Shown here piece after piece: positions 58,346 to 64,000 of a stretch of DNA of 64,000 bases. Each line of letters begins with the position of its first letter. Position 1 is the stretch's first letter. Source of the stretch: an uncultured Dehalococcoidia bacterium. GTDB lineage: Bacteria > Chloroflexota > Dehalococcoidia > SZUA-161. The notes under the pieces were generated by a model that was given only the letters and a program-made list of their open reading frames with translations, did not search any database and was not told the origin of the DNA. A program made the translations under genes and the position numbers. The DNA is taken from assembly GCA_964574685.1 (NCBI GenBank), contig CAZNOI010000005.1, positions 69,875 to 133,874 on the forward strand. The letters are read 5' to 3'.

Positions 58346-58990
58346 CTAGACTGGTGCAACGGGCTCCGGGGGCTGGATGGCCTCAGGAGTGCTCGTATTC
58401 TCCCGGTGATGATCATAGCTCGGAACAGACAGGGAAGTGTCGTGCGCCGGGATTGGAAGCAGCCTCCGAAGCAGTCGGCCGACCCTCCGGAAAGCCGAGC
58501 GCAGGGCGCTGCGGGGACTCCAACTGCCGTCCACCCAGCCTCTCTTCAGCGTGTTGGACGCAGCCATAGCGGCGAAGTTGATGGCCTTCTGAGGCCCGAA
58601 CCAGCTCGCCAGGTTGATGGCCAGTAGAGGCTCCATTCCCGCCGGGCCGATGAGGGCACCCTGGGTCAGTGCGAGCGCTGCAACCGTACCGACGTTTGGA
58701 AGCTGCTCGACCAGTTGCAGTCTCATCACGTCCAGGGACATGTGGCGGCCCGACCTCCGATAGTCTTTCCTGAAGACAAACCAGTAGCCGGCCACCCACA
58801 GCGAGACATAGCCGACGAAGCTCCCTGCCATGCTCGCGGGGACGATAACGGTAGCTCCCATGTCATCGGTTGCGTAGGCTATTAGAGACCGACCCGCGAA
58901 CGCGCCGAATCCGGCGACGATCTGGACAATTGCCAGCCTGCCGCTGAAGTACTGTCTGACCCTGGCCTTCAACCGCGATATTACCTTCAT
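58346..58990 (-). CDS. hypothetical membrane protein
   Basis: Three to four hydrophobic segments; RBS GAGGT. Confidence 0.6.
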   Translation of the reverse strand: MKVISRLKARVRQYFSGRLAIVQIVAGFGAFAGRSLIAYATDDMGATVIVPASMAGSFVGYVSLWVAGYWFVFRKDYRRSGRHMSLDVMRLQLVEQLPNVGTVAALALTQGALIGPAGMEPLLAINLASWFGPQKAINFAAMAASNTLKRGWVDGSWSPRSALRSAFRRVGRLLRRLLPIPAHDTSLSVPSYDHHRENTSTPEAIQPPEPVAPV

Positions 58991-59096
58991 CGCACCACTA
59001 CCTCTATTGTAGCACGGTGCGCCTACGTCACCGGATACAACTCCACTTCCACCGCCTGAACTCGCGGCTGTGCACCTTTTCTCCCGTGGTGAGTGC

Positions 59097-59597
59097 TCAG
59101 GTTGTTATGGCGGGGGGCCTGAGGTGGACCAGCCTGCGACAGGTCTTCGAGCCGGTCGTCAGGGGGCTGTCAAGCAGCTCTATCTGGACCGGGTGCTTGA
59201 CCACTGCCTCGAACATCACCTTGTTGAAGTAGTTGCCGCAGATGCACCAGTCCGGGTTCGGCTCGAGGTGGTTGAGGGCAATCATTGGACACATGCACTC
59301 GCCCTCCACTTCTGGGAAGAAGTCGTAGTGAATGACGTCGCCCTTGCGCTCCAGCTTCCTGGCGCCGGGAAAGGCGTTCATGAGGTCTGTCATGAAGGTG
59401 TCCAGGTCCACGTCGGTGTTCAGGTTCCCGTAGGGCAGGAACAGCGAGTTGCACATCCTGCCTGTGCACTCGACGCACAGCTCCCTCATCGCAGGGTCGA
59501 AGTCCTCCTGGAATACCCGTTTGAGCACCTCGCTCTTCAGCAACCCGACGAAGAACTCCCGCTGCGCGATTTCCTCCTCGGTCAGCTCTTGCGGCAT
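59097..59597 (-). CDS. Cys-rich hypothetical protein, DUF6144-like (paralog 3)
   Basis: GRMC, CMCP, WCICG and SPLTTGSKTCR; RBS GGGAGG. Confidence 0.8.
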   Translation of the reverse strand: MPQELTEEEIAQREFFVGLLKSEVLKRVFQEDFDPAMRELCVECTGRMCNSLFLPYGNLNTDVDLDTFMTDLMNAFPGARKLERKGDVIHYDFFPEVEGECMCPMIALNHLEPNPDWCICGNYFNKVMFEAVVKHPVQIELLDSPLTTGSKTCRRLVHLRPPAITT

Positions 59598-59679
59598 TGT
59601 GACCTCCCGTTGCGACCGCAGGCGCTTCTCGTCACCCGCGGTCTTGTCAGGACCTGCCTATTCCTCAGATGGCTGGTCC

Positions 59680-60210
59680 TTACTTCTTGTCCTGCGGCGT
59701 GATGAACTCCGCGTCCTTGAGGTACATGACGTAGCGGCAACAGGGAGCACCCGTTGTCAGCGCGCTGTCTGTGAGCTCGGTCTTGGCAACCGGCATGCCA
59801 ATCGTCTCCAGGTACTGCGCGGCCATGTTCGCTCCGCAGGAGCACAGCTCGGGAAAGGGTTCCATTATGCCCATCTTGATGACTGGGCACTCGCATATGG
59901 GATTACCCTCCTCGTCTGTACTGCAGTGGTACCAGCTGTGCACGACGTCGCCCACCCTCTGTATGGTCCTGGGCCCCAGCGGGGGTTCGAGTTCACTAAG
60001 GTGCTTCACCAGCTCGTCGTACGTCATCTCGGGCCGTATCCCGAGCGCCCATACTGCAAGCGGTGCGCAGGCCTTGGCCATACGCATCATGACGAAGTCC
60101 CTGTGCTCGGGTGGCAGCTCTCTGGCGGCTTGAAGAACGGCGGCCAGCATGCGGGGTACCCAGGTAGTGTAAATCAGTCCCTTGATCTCCTCCGACCACT
60201 CGTGTGGCAT
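59680..60210 (-). CDS. Cys-rich hypothetical protein, DUF6144-like (paralog 2)
   Basis: AKAC, CECP, LCSCG and SALTTGAPCCR; RBS AAGGAGG. Confidence 0.8.
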   Translation of the reverse strand: MPHEWSEEIKGLIYTTWVPRMLAAVLQAARELPPEHRDFVMMRMAKACAPLAVWALGIRPEMTYDELVKHLSELEPPLGPRTIQRVGDVVHSWYHCSTDEEGNPICECPVIKMGIMEPFPELCSCGANMAAQYLETIGMPVAKTELTDSALTTGAPCCRYVMYLKDAEFITPQDKK

Positions 60211-60240
60211 GGCTTGTCCCTCCTTAGTCGGGCTGCTGTC

Positions 60241-60816
60241 CTATCTCTCGTGCTTGACAGAGGTGAACGGGGACGGCTTGAGGTGCACCAGGAACCGGCA
60301 TTTCTCCTCGCCGTTCACCATGGGGCTGCCCAGCGTCTCGACGGTCTCCACTTCCCTGCCCGTGTATTCCTCGATGTAGCTGGCCACGCTGTTGGCCGAA
60401 CAGGCGCAGACCTCGCCTCTGGGCTCAATCCACCCGAACATGATGAGCGGGCACTGGCATATGGGCCGGCCCTTCTCGTCCTTCGGGGGAACGTATGTCC
60501 AGTGAACGATGTCGCCTATCTGGGTAACCTCCCTGGGCCCGAACGGAGGCGCCAGCTCCGCCATATGCTTCTTGTAGGCCTCCCACTCCATGCCCGGCTC
60601 ACAGCCCAGCACGAGCTTGGCCTGGTCACTGCAGGCCTTCGACATCATCATCAGGATGCGGTCCCGGTGCTGGGGCGGCAGTTCGCTTATCCCCTGGTAG
60701 GCTGCATCCATGATCTTGTAGAGCCAGCCATGGAGCAGGTCCTTGATATCGGGGCTATGCTCAAGGTATGCGGTGTCGATAGAGTCCTTCACTTCCGCTG
60801 GTAGTTCGTCCGGCAT
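60241..60816 (-). CDS. Cys-rich hypothetical protein, DUF6144-like (paralog 1)
   Basis: SKAC, CQCP, VCACS and SPMVNGEEKCR; RBS AAAGGAG. Confidence 0.8.
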   Translation of the reverse strand: MPDELPAEVKDSIDTAYLEHSPDIKDLLHGWLYKIMDAAYQGISELPPQHRDRILMMMSKACSDQAKLVLGCEPGMEWEAYKKHMAELAPPFGPREVTQIGDIVHWTYVPPKDEKGRPICQCPLIMFGWIEPRGEVCACSANSVASYIEEYTGREVETVETLGSPMVNGEEKCRFLVHLKPSPFTSVKHER

Positions 60817-60858
60817 TTGTGTCTCCTTTCCGTGATTGACAACGCTGCTACGGGCGGC

Positions 60859-61602
60859 CTATTCCTTGCCCCACTCCACTTCGGGCATGGCCACGGTCCT
60901 GACCTCCTCGGTCTTCGACTCCTCCAGGAACAGGGTCCGGAGCGGAGAGTAGGGGACCAGCCCGTAGAGGAACCTGTAGATGACCTTTGGACGCCACTTC
61001 GCTGCCTCGATCTCCCAGCTCTTGTAGTCGGGGTCTTTCAGCGCGTTCTCGCGTATGGTCACCCAGTCACTGTGGATGTTGCCCGCTGTCCAGATGTTTA
61101 TCACTTCGCCACTGCCTGCGAGGCCGGCCACGGACTTGTAGCAGCCCACGAGCTTCATTCCCCAGTTCCCGGCCATCGGCGCCAGCTTGCTGCCCACGGC
61201 GTGTATGTACTCGTCCTCCTTGCCGGGGGGCGTCTTCGCCAGGGTGTGCAGGTAGATGGTGGCCCTGTATGAGCTGTCGCTCTTGATGTCCGCCAGAGCG
61301 GGCGAGAAGGGGGCCGGCTCCAGCACCTTGCCCGTCCAGTCGCTCACGTAGTCCGGAGCCTCGCGCGACCACACTCTGGCAAGATGGTGGTTGTCCCAGT
61401 AGTCCTGGACCCGGTCGAATGTAGACCAGTCGTCGGTCTCCCACAGGGCCAGGTTCTCGTTGTAGTGTATGCCCACCATGAACATGCCGGTGAGCCTCAG
61501 GCTGTGCTCCTCAGCCTCGGGCAGGTAGTCGGTCTGGAGCACCTTCCAGTATTCCTCCTGGAAACGGGAGACTATCGTTATGCTCTCGTACAGATACAGC
61601 AT
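60859..61602 (-). CDS. tandem NIPSNAP-like (dimeric alpha/beta barrel) protein
   Basis: Two internal repeats (LYLYE.../IYLHT...PGKEDEY...MKLVGCY...GEVINIW); ATG 61602 with GGAGG RBS. Confidence 0.75.
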   Translation of the reverse strand: MLYLYESITIVSRFQEEYWKVLQTDYLPEAEEHSLRLTGMFMVGIHYNENLALWETDDWSTFDRVQDYWDNHHLARVWSREAPDYVSDWTGKVLEPAPFSPALADIKSDSSYRATIYLHTLAKTPPGKEDEYIHAVGSKLAPMAGNWGMKLVGCYKSVAGLAGSGEVINIWTAGNIHSDWVTIRENALKDPDYKSWEIEAAKWRPKVIYRFLYGLVPYSPLRTLFLEESKTEEVRTVAMPEVEWGKE

Positions 61603-61633
61603 TCTGCTTCCTCCATTCGGCGCCGGTGAACGG

Positions 61634-62308
61634 CTAGTGGAGTACCGAGTAGGGGGCCGGCAGCAGGAACTTGTAGTTCCACTCGCTGCACAGGCCGGCA
61701 AGTCCCTGAACGGTTGATCTCAGCTTCGAGTCCTTCTTCTGCTCCTCCCGGACCCGGCCGAAGTGCGTCCAGTCCTTCAGCGACCAGATGCTGATGATCT
61801 CGCCAGACTCACCGCACGCGCCGAACCAGCGGTAGCAGCCCGCCAGCTTTGAGCCCGTCTGGTCCATGGCAGGCATGAGGCCGTTCTCCATGAGGGCCAG
61901 GAACTCGTCCGTCTTGCCGGGATGGACGCTGAAGGCCCAGCGGCAGTAAAGGCTGTTGCCGGTGAAGTCGCCCTTGTCCTTGCGGGCCTTTATGTCGGCG
62001 GCGGTCGGCGCGAACGGCAGCCCTTCGATCAGGCTGTCGAACCACTCGTCACGGTACCGGAATGCGACGCGGTGCCAGGACAGTCCGTCGCGCTCGTGGA
62101 TGACGTAGTTGGAGAGGCCTTCGAGCGAAGCGACACCTTCCGGCAACTCGGAAAGGAAGAAGGTCTCTCGGTGCCTGAAGGCGACCCGGAAGACGCCGAG
62201 GACGGTCATGTGCCTGTTCAATCCGGGGATAAGGTCGGTCTCCATAACCCTGACGTATTCGTCAATCACGCCGGTGAAGGGATAGGTTGTCTCGTGCAGG
62301 TAGAGCAT
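61634..62308 (-). CDS. tandem NIPSNAP-like protein
   Basis: MLYLHET..., HPGKTDEF...KLAGCY...GEIISIW...LLPAPYS; paralog of the downstream gene. Confidence 0.75.
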   Translation of the reverse strand: MLYLHETTYPFTGVIDEYVRVMETDLIPGLNRHMTVLGVFRVAFRHRETFFLSELPEGVASLEGLSNYVIHERDGLSWHRVAFRYRDEWFDSLIEGLPFAPTAADIKARKDKGDFTGNSLYCRWAFSVHPGKTDEFLALMENGLMPAMDQTGSKLAGCYRWFGACGESGEIISIWSLKDWTHFGRVREEQKKDSKLRSTVQGLAGLCSEWNYKFLLPAPYSVLH

Positions 62309-62508
62309 GGAGGATGTCTCCTTTCTGGAGTCTCGCCCTTCAATGTGGATAGCAGGTCAGGGAACCAAAGGGTGAGCAGGGTCGGTCTCTTGAGGGGCGG
62401 CTTCTGTTCGATCCGGGCGGTCACAGCCTGCCGCACACACCTCACCCTCCGCACGGGCAGAGTCTGGAGGAAATCGGTGCGTCGTCTCGTCGCTGTTGGG
62501 TGAGGAAG

Positions 62509-62537
62509 ATTGTGGATGAATGATTTCGGTTTGTCAA
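62509..62537 (-). promoter_or_regulatory. sigma70-like promoter of the NIPSNAP operon
   Basis: TTGACA-N17-CACAAT on the minus strand, giving a ~195-nt leader. Confidence 0.6.
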
Positions 62538-62636
62538 GCCCGCGTTCGCAGTTCGTCCAAGGGTTGCCATTGGGCGTTGGGTGGTACCGCGGGCGGACAG
62601 GCGGGTAGCCTGGGAGCGCTGCAGAGTAGAAAAGGT

Positions 62637-63878
62637 CTACCGCGCTAAGAACGCGTTTTCGGGCCGGAATCCATCAAACAGGTCAGCCAGCAGTCCTCGG
62701 TAAGCCGTCCTGTAGCATGACCACAAGTCCTCGAAAGGGTTCACAACAACCGCAATGACATTCGCGTAATGCGGGGTGTTCATTCGGCTCTCGATAGCTT
62801 CGGTGGCTGTATGCAGCTTGGCCCTGTTGAGCAGTAGAATACCCGGGCACGCGTCGGGCAGTTGGCGTCTTGCCTCTCTTAGGCTCTTTGCGAGAGTTGA
62901 CCTCTGTCGCCTTGACAAGTCTGCTGAACTGACGACTATCTCACCACCGAACGCACCGCTTTCAGGATCAAACAGCCCGCGTGCCCTGGTGCCGACGGTC
63001 ATGCGTCCGACCTTGGTCGACTTCATGGGGAAGTAGTCTGGCTTGTTCTGAGGGACGATGACGTACTCAATGTTGTTGCCTACTTGTTGGACAGGAGTTT
63101 CGCGGATGCCTTCAGCTTCGTCACTAAGCTTGCTCACAAGTGTCGCGAGGTGATCCAAGTCTGATTGAGACGGAACTGTCTTGAAGTTGATCTCCAAGCG
63201 AAGGCCTGCGCTATGCAAGAGTTCCAGAAGGTCATCAGGGAGTTTGGATTGCACATCCTTGACCTGCTCCGAGAAGTGGAGTGAACCTCTGTCTTGGCCG
63301 GTTCTTGACTGTTTGCATTCGCAAAAGAGTTCGATATCATCTTTCATAAGCCGAAAGTCCGGGTTCTTCACTCCTGTTCGCGCGTCAACCTCGGGCTCGT
63401 ACTCGAATGAGAACCCGTTTTCGGAGAAGCGCGACAAGCACTCAAGTTCGAAGAGCGTATCATGGAACTGCCTCATATTGGTCAGCTTGGTTTCCACTTT
63501 CTTCATGAATGCCTGATTGTGACTGTGGTTACGCAGGAACCTCATCGCAGGCAGTATCTGGTCAAGGAAGTTGTAGTGTTGGGCGTGCTTGGGGTGCAAG
63601 TACATGAGCGTTGAGCCCCATTGGATAGTGAAGGCTGAGTCGGGGAAGAACCTCCTGCTGAACGCAATCAGCTCGCTTAGGTCATCCTGATCTGCGAAGG
63701 GCAGAAACCGACCCGATCCCTCCAATTCCTGCACGAATGTTGCTGCGTCGCTCCGAAGGAGAAGATTAAGGTTACGCGAAAAGGCGAACATGAGCTTGAT
63801 GCTGCTATTGTAGGCATTGTTGGGGACACTCGCAATCTTCTGCAATCTGACTTGGAGTAGCGGTAGTACGGCGGCCAA
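62637..63878 (-). CDS. hypothetical protein with PD-(D/E)XK nuclease-like motif (start uncertain)
   Basis: FELE...YEP...KNPDFRL...LFCECKQ; visibly lower GC than the flanking genes. Confidence 0.65.
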   Translation of the reverse strand: MAAVLPLLQVRLQKIASVPNNAYNSSIKLMFAFSRNLNLLLRSDAATFVQELEGSGRFLPFADQDDLSELIAFSRRFFPDSAFTIQWGSTLMYLHPKHAQHYNFLDQILPAMRFLRNHSHNQAFMKKVETKLTNMRQFHDTLFELECLSRFSENGFSFEYEPEVDARTGVKNPDFRLMKDDIELFCECKQSRTGQDRGSLHFSEQVKDVQSKLPDDLLELLHSAGLRLEINFKTVPSQSDLDHLATLVSKLSDEAEGIRETPVQQVGNNIEYVIVPQNKPDYFPMKSTKVGRMTVGTRARGLFDPESGAFGGEIVVSSADLSRRQRSTLAKSLREARRQLPDACPGILLLNRAKLHTATEAIESRMNTPHYANVIAVVVNPFEDLWSCYRTAYRGLLADLFDGFRPENAFLAR

Positions 63879-64000
63879 TCCTGGCTCTCTTGTTTGACAG
63901 GGCCGTGGCTCACATATAGACTTGCGTTCACAAACCTGACCGGAGGCCCAACATGGAGGAATTGCAGGACTACAGCGGACCCTACAAGCCCGACCTGAAG

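Noticed and set aside
59449-60804. 451-aa plus-strand ORF spanning the Cys-rich genes
   Set aside because: Antisense to three mutually homologous genes with strong RBSs; no recognisable features.

Overview
GC-rich chromosomal segment of an anaerobic bacterium. Gene content (dockerin/CFI-box S8 proteases, PAC2 proteins, CPRCGG zinc ribbons, Mvh-type hydrogenase) suggests Chloroflexota, most likely Dehalococcoidia; this is inference. In order, it holds: an acyl-CoA catabolic operon (ligase, HMGS-like/DUF35 fusion, thiolase, acyl-CoA dehydrogenase); two secreted S8 proteases, a 1718-aa TPR protein and a pair of small coiled-coil paralogs; a corrinoid methyltransferase operon (methyl-THF MT, corrinoid protein, two non-Pyl MttB, DUF1638, RACo activator) continuing into a 2-oxoacid:ferredoxin oxidoreductase; hypFCDE/hypA/protease plus an MvhDGA hydrogenase partnered with a GltD-like flavoprotein instead of HdrABC; a chaperone cluster (PP2C, two PAC2, two-component system, groESL, hsp20, dnaJ); a P-type ATPase; a fumarate-adding-enzyme-like glycyl radical enzyme with BbsEF-like CoA transferases and an acyl-CoA dehydrogenase; an uncharacterised five-gene NIPSNAP/Cys-rich operon; and a lower-GC PD-(D/E)XK-like gene. 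I found no rRNA, tRNA, CRISPR array or IS element. The strongest leads are the divergent glycyl radical locus with its upstream NIPSNAP/Cys-rich operon, and the Hdr-less Mvh hydrogenase. All family assignments come from motif recognition, not database searches.
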